A stretch of 64,000 nt of DNA from IMG/VR virus record IMGVR_UViG_3300044618_000713, positions 11,555-75,554 of that record. One strand, given 5' to 3'. The position numbers and the translations under genes are program-made. Shown here piece after piece: positions 35,710-45,263 of this stretch; within the stretch, counting starts at the first letter, position 1; each line of letters begins with the position of its first letter. Under the pieces are notes generated by a model, which did not search any database, was not told where the DNA came from, and saw nothing but the letters and a program-made list of their open reading frames with translations. The stretch comes from a virus.

Positions 35710-36390
35710 TTAGGTCACGGGTCCACGAATGTTAGAGAATGCCACCGTGGAGCCGACGCTGTTGGTGGCGGTTACGCGGCACCGGATGTATTTTCCGGTG
35801 TCCGATCCAGTGAGAGTATAAGTCAATCCAGTAGCCGATGCGATGTTGGCCCATGACGGATCGTTTGGATCAGCCACGTTGCCACGCTGCCACTGGCGAG
35901 CGAACGTGATCGTAGCATCACCAGCCCATGTTCCGTTCGTCGTCGTCTGGACGTTCGTTCCAGACAGCGTGCCAGTGATGGCAGGAAGGACAGTGTTGTA
36001 CGGGCCGATGGTGGCCGTCATGCTTTCGCCGCTCTCAAGTGTGGCGGTAAAGGTCACGACATCAGCCTGTTCCGCGCCGATCTGAAGGCCCTGGAGCATG
36101 AAGTCGCCGGTTAAGGTGCCGATACCAGAGATCGTGACCACGCACTCCTTAAGAAGCGCCGTGGTAGCGGTGCCCACGGAATCCGCCAAGAGGACGGTAT
36201 CCTTCAGCACGCCTTCGATCTCGCAAGAGACAGAGCGCAATCCGACATCTGTCAGCATGGTGCGCCAGCCAAGATTGTCTTTGTCCGTGATGTCAAGTGG
36301 CTCATTATTGATCGTCACGCTGTCAGCACGAGCGCCCACGATGTTGGAGCCGTTGCGGCTTATGCGAACTGATCGGCCAGAAATAGCCAT
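35710..36390 (-). CDS. Tail tube protein paralog with C-terminal Ig-like domain
   Basis: Same tube motifs plus PYNTVLPAITG...GTW...QWQR...YTL...D.GKYIRCRVTATN. Confidence 0.82.
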   Translation of the reverse strand: MAISGRSVRISRNGSNIVGARADSVTINNEPLDITDKDNLGWRTMLTDVGLRSVSCEIEGVLKDTVLLADSVGTATTALLKECVVTISGIGTLTGDFMLQGLQIGAEQADVVTFTATLESGESMTATIGPYNTVLPAITGTLSGTNVQTTTNGTWAGDATITFARQWQRGNVADPNDPSWANIASATGLTYTLTGSDTGKYIRCRVTATNSVGSTVAFSNIRGPVT

Positions 36391-36414
36391 GCAAGAACCT
36401 CTTCTTTGGCCGTG

Positions 36415-36444
36415 ATTATATCACGGAAACTATGCAATCCACAA
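36415..36444 (-). promoter_or_regulatory. Promoter for the tail tube genes
   Basis: TTGTGG-18-TATAAT. Confidence 0.55.
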
Positions 36445-36858
36445 TACACGGTACAAGATGAGGCCGCGCTTGGTCTTGCCATCAGGATCGCGCGAAAAAT
36501 TGCAACTATCGAGTTCTGTGGTGATGTGCGTGACGCCAGCGATAGAAAGCGGCTGGCGGCGCATCCTGCCATCGACAGCATCGACTACGGTCTTGAGATC
36601 GAGCATAGATGCGGCACGGTCCCATACGTCGATCTGCACGATGGCCGATCCACCAAGGTCATCTTTGCTGTCGAACGGATTGATTGTGTCAGCCCCGATG
36701 GTGATGAACGGGAATGCCGATTCCAACTCACTATCAGCCGCTTGTGGGACATCGGTAAAGATCGCTACGAGCGGGCTATAGTAGGTGCTGAGAAGACTGG
36801 TGACGGCGCTATCGTTAAGCCGGTTGTAGACTGCCGTCTGGAGGTCATCAGATTTCAT
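36430..36858 (-). CDS. Tail completion/terminator (DUF3168-like)
   Basis: LQTAVYNRL, FPFITIG, RDPDGKTKRG. Confidence 0.82.
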   Translation of the reverse strand: MKSDDLQTAVYNRLNDSAVTSLLSTYYSPLVAIFTDVPQAADSELESAFPFITIGADTINPFDSKDDLGGSAIVQIDVWDRAASMLDLKTVVDAVDGRMRRQPLSIAGVTHITTELDSCNFSRDPDGKTKRGLILYRVLWIA

Positions 36859-37319
36859 TTCGTTGTCTTCTCCGCGCGTGCCTTGGCCTTGGCGATTGCA
36901 ATGTTAACCAATTCTAGCATCCGTGGGATTGCTCGCTCAACAGCAGGTATCCATGCAGGACGTTTGCCCATCTTGAATGTGCCGAACTCAAGGTGATAGG
37001 CATATGGCAACCGGCTTCCGATTGCGCGTCCATATTTGCCTCGGTTTTCAATGTAGGTTGATGTCAGCAAAGCGCCTCCATCGGTGGCCGGGGCTTCGCC
37101 TTCTTTTGACGCCTGATGCTTGATGTCTCTGTTTTTTCCCTTGTAATAAATCCGACCTGTTTTCGGCGGGTTCTCAATAGCATTTCTAACGTCTCTGAGA
37201 GCGTTTTGTGCGGTTGCTTTAACAATCAGCTCTAGATTGTTGCCAAGGTCTTTCCCATAGGCTTGCAAGGCCGCGTTGACCTCTTTCAAGCCCTTGATCT
37301 CGACCTTGACGTCCGTCAC
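36855..37319 (-). CDS. HK97 gp10-like neck protein
   Basis: HQAS..GEAPATD.G.L, YA..LEFGT.KM..RP. Confidence 0.85.
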   Translation of the reverse strand: MTDVKVEIKGLKEVNAALQAYGKDLGNNLELIVKATAQNALRDVRNAIENPPKTGRIYYKGKNRDIKHQASKEGEAPATDGGALLTSTYIENRGKYGRAIGSRLPYAYHLEFGTFKMGKRPAWIPAVERAIPRMLELVNIAIAKAKARAEKTTK

Positions 37320-37663
37320 GCTGCGACCCCGCCATCAACGTCGATCTGAAGCCACTTGTTGGCGAACTCCATGTTATCGAGGAACCGGATATTGTGGATC
37401 TTGTTCCTGATCTGCACGCGGTCGGAATCTAGCAACGCGGAGGTGTAGCGCACAACAAGACGCAACCGAACGGTTGCCTCAGTGCGGTCATGGGCAAATC
37501 GCTCCGAGCCGCCAACCGGCACCACATAGGCGCGGGTCGGTGCGCCGGAAACGGTAGCCCAGGATTCCGTCTGTCCTCCTGCTCCGTCGCTGGTCAAGGT
37601 GCGGCGTTGGAACGTCACCGGCTCCTTGAGCTTGCCGGAATTCATGTCGCAACATTTCATCAT
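37316..37663 (-). CDS. Head closure/stopper protein
   Basis: GKL...VTFQR...DGAGG...W. Confidence 0.82.
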   Translation of the reverse strand: MMKCCDMNSGKLKEPVTFQRRTLTSDGAGGQTESWATVSGAPTRAYVVPVGGSERFAHDRTEATVRLRLVVRYTSALLDSDRVQIRNKIHNIRFLDNMEFANKWLQIDVDGGVAA

Positions 37664-38430
37664 CTGGCGTTGAACTCTATAATGTCCATGTTGACAGCGA
37701 CATCGACGGTGCTGGCCGATACGTTGGCAAGGAAGCCGAAATCACATAACGGCGGGAAGTAGAGAGGCGGATCGAATACAACATCGAAGAGACCGGAACT
37801 CTGCGGATACTCAGTCACCATTAGCATAGAACTGTATGGTGCCGCAGTCTCAAGGATATTTTCGCGCTTGTAGAGAACGATGTTGGCCTTCTTGTCAGCA
37901 TCGCTTGAGATGGTCACGTTGCGGAGTGCCGCGCTGCGGTCTCTGGGCGTGGTGTAGACAGCCATTTCTGTCTTGCCGCGTGCCAGTGTGCCATCTGCAA
38001 TAACTGCCCAGTCCTCGCCTCCTGCGGCATTCTCAATGGTTATTGTACCAGCGTGCGATCTGGCGCTCTGCGTTGAATACGTTCCAGACTTGGACACATA
38101 GACATCGAATAGGCGGATAAATGACTTCGACGTTTGCGCGCTTGCGGATGCACCTGCTGTTGCCAGCGCCTGGGTGCTGTAGTCACCGAACTCATCAATG
38201 CCGATTAAAATAATTTCTCTCGCACCGGAGCCGTTGGCGGTGTCGTTCGCATTGCCACCGGCCTTGATGCGGAGATGAACATGGGCATTTGCTTGGGGCG
38301 TGCGGTAGAAGCCAGAACGAGATACAGGCACGAAGCTGGAACCGATGGAAATATTGCGTCCGAACTTGTTGAACGACCGACAACCCGAAGCCAGTCCGCG
38401 CGCAATGTCGAGACTGCTGGGATAGGTCAT
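37660..38430 (-). CDS. Conserved beta-rich virion-associated hypothetical
   Basis: LDIARG...NKFGRN, ANDT.NGSGAR...G.D; inserted between connector and stopper. Confidence 0.55.
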   Translation of the reverse strand: MTYPSSLDIARGLASGCRSFNKFGRNISIGSSFVPVSRSGFYRTPQANAHVHLRIKAGGNANDTANGSGAREIILIGIDEFGDYSTQALATAGASASAQTSKSFIRLFDVYVSKSGTYSTQSARSHAGTITIENAAGGEDWAVIADGTLARGKTEMAVYTTPRDRSAALRNVTISSDADKKANIVLYKRENILETAAPYSSMLMVTEYPQSSGLFDVVFDPPLYFPPLCDFGFLANVSASTVDVAVNMDIIEFNAR

Positions 38431-39107
38431 ATCTTCATGGCCTTATATTGAGCCATAATGACCGAAGCGCCGGATGCGTCATAGGCATCACTTGCATCGC
38501 AGTCATCGCCACGGTTGCTATAGAGGAAAGCCGCAAGCTGCTTGACGGCACGCTTCATTGGAGACGGCACTGCTGCTGCATTGGCGAATCCAGACACATA
38601 GATGATCTGGATGGCGTTATTGGCTCGCAGAGCAACCGGCCAAGTCTGGCCTCGCTTGAGTGTCAACCTTCCAGGCGTCTGGTAGATGTCAATGTCGAAG
38701 ACATTGGCAACCGTGACTGCCGTTGCATTGCTGCCTTCATCGTAGACAGTGACTGATGTGATAGACTGAAGAGGCCAACGCGGAATGGCAAGGCTTTGAA
38801 TTGTGCTGGTGCGGTAGAGTTCTGTGATCGACATCTCGCGCACGCCATCCCACCAAGCCTCGCCACCAGCGGGCCAGCGATCAAGCGAGAGCCGCCACGA
38901 CTGCGTTATGAATGCAAGGCCGGTCATGTTCTCGATCTCGGTCCTAGCGTCCGTGATGAGCGTATTCGCCTCCGCGTCAGGGAGTTCCGTCGAATCAGTG
39001 CGAAGATGCGTGCGGAGTTCCGCAGCCGTTACCGGCTCGGATGCAGGGGCGGAAGTAAGAACCGAACCCCGGAACTGATAAAGCGGAACGGCGGCGCGAA
39101 GGCTCAT
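38427..39107 (-). CDS. Head-tail connector (phiE125 gp8-like)
   Basis: EPVTAAELRTHLR, E..TG.AFITQSW, VP..MK.AV..LAA.LY.NR. Confidence 0.85.
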   Translation of the reverse strand: MSLRAAVPLYQFRGSVLTSAPASEPVTAAELRTHLRTDSTELPDAEANTLITDARTEIENMTGLAFITQSWRLSLDRWPAGGEAWWDGVREMSITELYRTSTIQSLAIPRWPLQSITSVTVYDEGSNATAVTVANVFDIDIYQTPGRLTLKRGQTWPVALRANNAIQIIYVSGFANAAAVPSPMKRAVKQLAAFLYSNRGDDCDASDAYDASGASVIMAQYKAMKI

Positions 39108-39110
39108 AGA

Positions 39111-39305
39111 TTAACCTTTCCTAACTTTCTTCTTTGGCGTTTCGATCTTGGTTTCCAGATCAGGGATTGACTGGATTTCGATTGCCACACCATCCGCTAT
39201 TGCCATTTCTGCAATAGGGCTTTCGATGGTTGTTCCGGCTTTTAACTTTAAGATCGTATGCCCTTCTGGGGCGCACGCATAATCATGCAGAAGAGTTGCC
39301 TTCAT
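39111..39305 (-). CDS. Small head-associated protein
   Basis: 64 aa; CAPEGHT; ETK...KK tail. Confidence 0.55.
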   Translation of the reverse strand: MKATLLHDYACAPEGHTILKLKAGTTIESPIAEMAIADGVAIEIQSIPDLETKIETPKKKVRKG

Positions 39306-39306
39306 C

Positions 39307-39720
39307 TTATGTATCCATTGGCGCGTTGATAATGGTCAGGCCGAGACGCCCCATTGCCACGAACGGTTCCTGTTCCGTGACATCCGCAGCAGCAAAAAGG
39401 GCATCCACATCCTCTTGCGTGCAAACGACGCCCTGCGCTGTAGCTGCCGTGTAGACCGCCACTGGATCGCCGGGTTCGCTGCCAATCAGCACCCAGTCAC
39501 CGCCGTATTCGTACTGCGCCCAGACCTGTAGCGGCACAAGATACCCATACTCAGGCGGCACATAGCCTGATGAGATGTAGTGCGTTGCGGGGTCTAAACC
39601 GGATGCGGAGAGCGGTGTGATCCACATGCCTTCGCCGCCGGGGCCAAAGGATTTGGCAATCTGGCGAGCCAACTGAACTCTGTCAGCCGGGACAATGAGA
39701 GTGCGGAAGATATAATCCAT
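39307..39720 (-). CDS. Hypothetical protein downstream of the head fibre
   Basis: PATHYISSG motif; coupled to the fibre stop. Confidence 0.55.
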   Translation of the reverse strand: MDYIFRTLIVPADRVQLARQIAKSFGPGGEGMWITPLSASGLDPATHYISSGYVPPEYGYLVPLQVWAQYEYGGDWVLIGSEPGDPVAVYTAATAQGVVCTQEDVDALFAAADVTEQEPFVAMGRLGLTIINAPMDT

Positions 39721-40814
39721 CAGTATGCCATCGTCCTTCCGTCGACCCATGTTTCGGTATTGCTGATCGTGGTTGCGTCAAGGTTTGCGCCGAAGCGGAC
39801 AATTAAACTATAAATTTTTCCGTTGAGGTATCCGGCAGCAGTAGCTTGTCTTCCTATGTATAGTACCTGCGAACCAAAACTTGTAATGCCGCTATCCGTA
39901 GCAGAACCGATTGCTGTAACCGTTCCATTTTCTCTTAATGAAATCTCACCCGTCCCTGTTGCAGCGGCATCGTACAGAGTTGAAAAAACAACTGTATACG
40001 GCACAACTTTAGTAACTCGCGGTGATTGATTAACTCCCGACCCATTTAGAGCGGCGCGGTAACTATCCGTCGAACCATCGCCAGTAAGAATACGCATCAT
40101 GGCATCTGTCGCAGTAGTCGTAGTATCGCCAAACTGCCATACTGGACTATTGTTTGACCTTGGTGTCTCTACCCTGACCCCGGCAAACATCTGTGCTTTA
40201 ACTCCAGCACCGGGATTAATAGATGCTGTAGTAAGGAAGTCATCTGTGCCATCAAACTTAAGGTAATACGGGAAACCCGTGGTGTCGTAATTAGTACTGG
40301 TTACTACAGCTTGGTATGCGGGGAGACCTACGCCAGTGTTGGTTACTCGAAGGTCAGCAGATGTTACTGACCCAGATACCGTTAGAGTTAAAGTACCAGC
40401 CGTGCATACCAGCGAGTTTGATCCTGCGCTGTATACTCCGACATTGGTTCCAGATGTTGTAACTGTGCCAGTACCACTAAAAGCAAGAGTGTATGTAGCC
40501 GCCCGTGTCGTAACATTTTGTGTTGCCAGCGTAGCAGTATTTAGAAGTTCATTTACCCTAGCACTCAGCACGGGGCAAGAGGCGGGTGTGGACTGTGTAG
40601 CGGTGTTGCCGCGACCGGACTTGTCAAGAATGCGGCCTACAGGTTGCTCCACCGCCGTAACAGGCGTGGTCCCCACGCTGTCTTGGAACATCGTGGTGAA
40701 ATCAGACGGATCGTACCAAGCACCCTGCTCACCTGCTGAGAACAATGCACCAGGAGAAAAACTGCGTCCATAAAGAACAGTAGATGAGAGAAGGCCAAGA
40801 CTTAGGTTTATCAT
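39720..40814 (-). CDS. Head fibre with LamG-like domain (GhsB-like position; start may be 40814 or 40898)
   Basis: MINLSLGL N-terminus; paralog of 3591-4739; downstream of the spike base. Confidence 0.7.
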   Translation of the reverse strand: MINLSLGLLSSTVLYGRSFSPGALFSAGEQGAWYDPSDFTTMFQDSVGTTPVTAVEQPVGRILDKSGRGNTATQSTPASCPVLSARVNELLNTATLATQNVTTRAATYTLAFSGTGTVTTSGTNVGVYSAGSNSLVCTAGTLTLTVSGSVTSADLRVTNTGVGLPAYQAVVTSTNYDTTGFPYYLKFDGTDDFLTTASINPGAGVKAQMFAGVRVETPRSNNSPVWQFGDTTTTATDAMMRILTGDGSTDSYRAALNGSGVNQSPRVTKVVPYTVVFSTLYDAAATGTGEISLRENGTVTAIGSATDSGITSFGSQVLYIGRQATAAGYLNGKIYSLIVRFGANLDATTISNTETWVDGRTMAY

Positions 40815-40898
40815 GGTGTCACTTCCGACAAGAGGGCTTGCAATATTGTCGCCTTTCGCCAATCGAAGTCTAATTATTTCCGCGCCAAAGTCTGTCAT

Positions 40899-41228
40899 TT
40901 AATCCGTAACCTGACGGACAACGATGATTCCGAATGTGTCTGTTCTAACCGTGTCACCGCTGACAATTTTAAGATCACAAATGAGTGGTCGTTCTTCATC
41001 AGTAAGAGGCCACGCGGAAGTGTCACTAGCGGAAATTAAAATTTCCCCAGTCGCCGCACCAGATGTATCAATCGTCAACGTAGCAACCGCCGAAAAATCC
41101 CATGTTTTGACCTGAGAAGTAACGGTGTCTCCGGTCAAATCAACGACTCCATCCGCATCCGAGACAATGATTTTCCTGGTGAACGTATCACTTCGCTTAT
41201 GATTCGTTGTCTGGATGCGGCTTGCCAT
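40899..41228 (-). CDS. BppU-N-like beta-sandwich adaptor
   Basis: KRSDTF...VDLTG...QVK...T..WP...DL...T.TF.I.V...VT. Confidence 0.55.
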   Translation of the reverse strand: MASRIQTTNHKRSDTFTRKIIVSDADGVVDLTGDTVTSQVKTWDFSAVATLTIDTSGAATGEILISASDTSAWPLTDEERPLICDLKIVSGDTVRTDTFGIIVVRQVTD

Positions 41229-41479
41229 CAATACCATCCAATGACGGTTGCTGTGGTTGCTGCGCGAACTTGAACGGCGCGGATTGGAAGAATTTGTCCC
41301 TTTACAACCGCGTATGTCACATCAACGCCGCCAATATCACGAACAACAAGATTGCCGTCTGCGTTGACATAAAGAGCGCGAGGACGAACCGCAAGATCAG
41401 AGTCTCCTGGCGTAATGGAGAAGTGCCGATATGCGGGACTTTCAAGCCCCATTGTATGATTGGAATACGGATCAGACAT
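41228..41479 (-). CDS. Head spike base protein (RcGTA Rcc01079/GhsA-like)
   Basis: DPYS.H..GLESPA...ITP.D..L...PRALYV...G.L.V...G.ILPIR..V.A.TTAT. Confidence 0.78.
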   Translation of the reverse strand: MSDPYSNHTMGLESPAYRHFSITPGDSDLAVRPRALYVNADGNLVVRDIGGVDVTYAVVKGQILPIRAVQVRAATTATVIGWY

Positions 41480-41538
41480 TTTTTATCTCCGGCTGGAGTG
41501 AGAAAGGTAGGGGCGGCTTTGAAACCGCCCCTTCGAGA

Positions 41539-41982
41539 TTACGTAGCAGCCACGTTGGTGCCGACGAAGGTGGTGGCAGCGCGGTGCGGCACATTGAGGA
41601 TGCCGTAGACCTTGACGGTCGCATCGGTGCCGGTGGTGCCAACGCCGTTCATGCGAACATAACGCTTGCTGCCCTTATAGCCGATGCCGCCGATGATCTT
41701 GTTGTCATCGCCATCGGCAGTGACAGACAGGGCAATCGTGCCATTAACTGAATCAGCAGCGACAATGGCCGCAGCGTCACCAGCAACGGTCGTGTCGGAG
41801 TGCTGGGCCGTGAAGGTGAAGCCAGCAGCAGCGCCAGCATCGGTCACGGTGTCGGTGGCAAGCATCAGGGTGACGGCATCAAAGCCACGGGTATCAACCC
41901 AAGAAGTAGCACCGGCAGTGGTGCCAGAGAGAGTCACGGTGCCAAGCAAGACAACCTGCTTGTTGGAAAGCATATCACGCAT
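41539..41982 (-). CDS. Capsid decoration/cement-like protein
   Basis: VDTRGFD, HSD, IGYKGSKRYVR; directly after the capsid gene. Confidence 0.65.
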   Translation of the reverse strand: MRDMLSNKQVVLLGTVTLSGTTAGATSWVDTRGFDAVTLMLATDTVTDAGAAAGFTFTAQHSDTTVAGDAAAIVAADSVNGTIALSVTADGDDNKIIGGIGYKGSKRYVRMNGVGTTGTDATVKVYGILNVPHRAATTFVGTNVAAT

Positions 41983-42044
41983 CTCAAGAATCCTTCTTAT
42001 CGGCGTGGTTGCGGAGCGGCGTTATTGCCGCCCCGCGTTAGTTG

Positions 42045-43340
42045 TTACGAGCCAAGCTTGACCAGCTTGATGGCCTCGAAGTTGACCACATCGCCACCGA
42101 CGCGCTTCGTGGTGTAGAATTCCACGTAGGGCTTGGCAGAGTAGGGATCACGCAGCGTGCGGATGCCGAGGCGGTCCACAATCTGATAGGCTTCGCGCAT
42201 ATCGCCGACGGCGATGGAGAGCGAGTTGGAGGCCGGGTCCGGCATGTCCTCGAAAGATGCCACCGGATAGCCGAGCAGCGTTGCTGGCTGACCGGCAGCA
42301 ATGCCGGGCGACCAGAGGTAAGCGCCATCCGAATCCTTGGCCTTGCGAACCAGAGTGAGAGTCGCGCGGTTCATGAACCAAGTGGCGTTGTTCCGGTACT
42401 GCTGCTTGAGGCCGTAGAGCGCGTTGATCAGCGCATCGCCGCCCGAGGGAGCCGCAGCCAGAGCGCCAGAAGCGCCCGTGGGGAACTGCTCGATGGTGCC
42501 GGGGAGCGTGGTGCCCGAGCCATAGGTCAGGAAGCCACGGGGCTTGTTGGAGCCGTTGCCGACAACGAAAGCGTTGGCTTCGTCACGGGCGAACTTCTCG
42601 GCAACCTTGGAAGCAAGCCATGCTTCCATGTTGATCGAGGCGTCATCGAGCAGCTTCTGCGTAGCCTTGGGCTTCGCATAGAGTTCGTGGGCAGGAATGC
42701 GCCACTTGCCAAGCTGCGGCGTGTTGGTCTCGGGACGGCTATCCGTTTCGCCAACCCAGCCCGAAGAGGCTTCGTTGAGATCGAACAGGCCTTCGAGGGC
42801 ATCCGACGAGATGACCTGGACCGAAGCGTATGCACGCATCGGGCTGGTCTCGAAGACCTTCATCACGATACGGCCAGAGAGGTCGGGATTGACCACATAG
42901 CCGCCATCGGGATCGGTGCCGACCGAGAGAGCCTTGCGCTCGTCCGGCCCCATGACTTCTTCACCCTTGCGGAGGAATGTGTCGAACGCGGCCTTGTAGC
43001 CGTCCATATCGGCAGCGCCGAATGAACCAGCAACAGCGCCACGGCGACGGGCGTTCATGGAGGCCCACTCCTGGGCCTTGCGGTCGAGATCGACCACTTC
43101 GCCACGCTCGTCGGTGACGATGCGAGACTGACGCTTAGAAGCCAGAACGGCTTCGTCAGCAATCTTCTGGGCCTTCTCAAGATCGGCTTCGATCTTCTGA
43201 AGCTTGGCCTCGGTCACGACATCGGCGCTGCCCTTCTTCTCAATCTGGGCAAGGCGTTCGTCGTTGGCCTTCTTGAACTCTTCGAATCCGGCGTGCAGCG
43301 CGTCAACCGCGCCGATGGCCTTCTTGATTTCCTCTGACAT
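42045..43340 (-). CDS. HK97-family major capsid protein
   Basis: Delta domain, DGGYVV, WVGE, LLDD, G.GSNKPRG, LLGYPV, KRVGG. Confidence 0.95.
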   Translation of the reverse strand: MSEEIKKAIGAVDALHAGFEEFKKANDERLAQIEKKGSADVVTEAKLQKIEADLEKAQKIADEAVLASKRQSRIVTDERGEVVDLDRKAQEWASMNARRRGAVAGSFGAADMDGYKAAFDTFLRKGEEVMGPDERKALSVGTDPDGGYVVNPDLSGRIVMKVFETSPMRAYASVQVISSDALEGLFDLNEASSGWVGETDSRPETNTPQLGKWRIPAHELYAKPKATQKLLDDASINMEAWLASKVAEKFARDEANAFVVGNGSNKPRGFLTYGSGTTLPGTIEQFPTGASGALAAAPSGGDALINALYGLKQQYRNNATWFMNRATLTLVRKAKDSDGAYLWSPGIAAGQPATLLGYPVASFEDMPDPASNSLSIAVGDMREAYQIVDRLGIRTLRDPYSAKPYVEFYTTKRVGGDVVNFEAIKLVKLGS

Positions 43341-44445
43341 GCAGGGATTCCTTTAGCTTTGACAGTGACTGTAAAAGGGCATCGACGCCCTCGATTACGG
43401 CCTCTTCATCGCCAGCGTCCCGCTGTCTCTGTAGGGCTTTGAATCCGTGGAGAGTGAGAGCCACGGCCTCTTTACGGGAGTATCCTGCATCACGCAGGAA
43501 ACGCTCGAAATCTCTTTCGGTTGTGATCGATTTGACGTTTGTCACCTTTGCATCCGGCAGCATCGGGAACGTCACAAGGCTGATCTCGAATAGGTCCACT
43601 TCCATCAGCTTGCGCACACGGCCATCACCTTCGGGTATGGCTTCCATTGTGCGATAGCCGATAGACATGGAATCGATGGCCCCGGCGCGAAGGAGCGCCA
43701 TTGCCTCGCGGCCTTTTTCTACTTCTTTGAGCAGACGGCCACGGACAAACAGGCCACGCTCGTCCTCGTAAATGTCATCCCAGACGCCGATGGGCTGGCT
43801 CATATCGTGCTGCCATAGCATCTTGACTTTACGAGAGCCGAGCGATTTGCGGAATGCGCCGCGTTCGACCACATCCATTCCCTGATCGACAACGCCGAAC
43901 ACGGAGGCATAGCCCTCGAAGACGCCATCTTGATCCGGTTCGCGCTTGATCGTGAGGGATACGTTCTTATGCTGGATCGGTTCGGACATGAACTTGTCGC
44001 CCTCTTCTCTGCGAACTATTGCGTTGGCCCATGAGCGGCCAGGATCACCGCCCCAGAGCGCCCAGGCTATGCGACCAGCGGAAGGATATCCGTCTTCGCC
44101 GGGAGACCAACCTTGACCTTGCTTGTCCACCTCATGACGGGCGAAGTAGGACACCATCCGCTTGACGGTATCGAGCGAAAGGTTGCGGCGGTTCTTGATG
44201 TCACGGGCGCGGGCAACGCCGATCTCGGTGCCGCCACGGTTGAACTCATCACGCCATTCGAGGCCGCGTGTGGCTTCTCGTGCCATTGCCTCGTTGGGAG
44301 AGAACCCATCGGCCTTGCCTTCCCAGTTGGAAATGCAGACGGCATAACGCTGATCTTCATCAGGAAAATCAGACATCGCCTCCTCGTCGCTCATGCAACG
44401 GGAGATGAACTCGTCTTCGTTTTCGGTCGGGCCGGGGCTAGGCAT
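43303..44445 (-). CDS. HK97 prohead protease with extra N-terminal domains
   Basis: FEGYASVF, LWQHD, SIGY, LFEISLVTFP; ~150 aa N-terminal extension. Confidence 0.9.
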   Translation of the reverse strand: MPSPGPTENEDEFISRCMSDEEAMSDFPDEDQRYAVCISNWEGKADGFSPNEAMAREATRGLEWRDEFNRGGTEIGVARARDIKNRRNLSLDTVKRMVSYFARHEVDKQGQGWSPGEDGYPSAGRIAWALWGGDPGRSWANAIVRREEGDKFMSEPIQHKNVSLTIKREPDQDGVFEGYASVFGVVDQGMDVVERGAFRKSLGSRKVKMLWQHDMSQPIGVWDDIYEDERGLFVRGRLLKEVEKGREAMALLRAGAIDSMSIGYRTMEAIPEGDGRVRKLMEVDLFEISLVTFPMLPDAKVTNVKSITTERDFERFLRDAGYSRKEAVALTLHGFKALQRQRDAGDEEAVIEGVDALLQSLSKLKESLHVRGNQEGHRRG

Positions 44446-44480
44446 GAGGGGAATATATCATTGCTTGATTGAAATCACAA
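44446..44480 (-). promoter_or_regulatory. Promoter, probably leaderless protease mRNA
   Basis: TTGTGA-17-TATATT-6 nt-ATG. Confidence 0.6.
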
Positions 44481-45263
44481 CATGGCCTCAAGGGCGGCTT
44501 CGTCCACGATGTAACCAACAGCACAACGGCAGTTGATGACCTCATCGCCGGGGCCTTCTGGATCACCGGGAAACATGAGTTCGGCATCGCCAACCTTGAA
44601 TTTTTCGTCCATGCCCACAGGCGGTTGAGTAGCAGCGATTCGATGCGTCTCTCTGGTGCGGTCATCGGCAGCGGCCAGCCACTCACGGGCCAAGGGCAAG
44701 CCAGTCTGTTTCGCGGCCTCCTGGGAGCCATAGTTGGCAGCGCCGTGCGTCTCGGTGCGGGCTATCATCTCGGCCCTGTAGGACGAAATCTGTGGCACCA
44801 GATCGAGGATGTATGAAGCGGTGCCGCGTTGGCCCAAACCATCCTCATAGCCTTTCCGAACTGCCCTAATGATTTGATCGCGCGTGGTTTCAGTAACCTC
44901 TGTGATGCGGCGGCGGATCGCCTCTTGCTCAATAAAGCGCAACGCCCTGCGCGTCATGATCTGGGCGAAACTCTCTTTCGTCTCCAGCTTCAAGCCTCGC
45001 GCCTTGGCTTGCTCCATGATGCGAGAGCCGAACGTGGTGATTGATGCAATTGCCATCTGGCGATAAGTCGCCTCGATGCGATCACGGAAGTCGCGCGGCA
45101 AGGTTACATTGCCGGTCTGCTCCCAATGCTCGACCATCTCACGCATGGCGGTTGCGATCTCACGCTGAAGACGGCCACGGAATTGAGTTGTCAGCCTATC
45201 GAGTAATGCGCCTTGACGGCGCACCTCGCGGCGCGTGTTCGAATCAACCAGCCTTCGAGCCAT
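44475..45263 (-). CDS. Mu gpF-like minor head protein
   Basis: RAEMIARTE, W.AA.DDRTR.TH, FPGDP, INCRC. Confidence 0.88.
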   Translation of the reverse strand: MARRLVDSNTRREVRRQGALLDRLTTQFRGRLQREIATAMREMVEHWEQTGNVTLPRDFRDRIEATYRQMAIASITTFGSRIMEQAKARGLKLETKESFAQIMTRRALRFIEQEAIRRRITEVTETTRDQIIRAVRKGYEDGLGQRGTASYILDLVPQISSYRAEMIARTETHGAANYGSQEAAKQTGLPLAREWLAAADDRTRETHRIAATQPPVGMDEKFKVGDAELMFPGDPEGPGDEVINCRCAVGYIVDEAALEAML

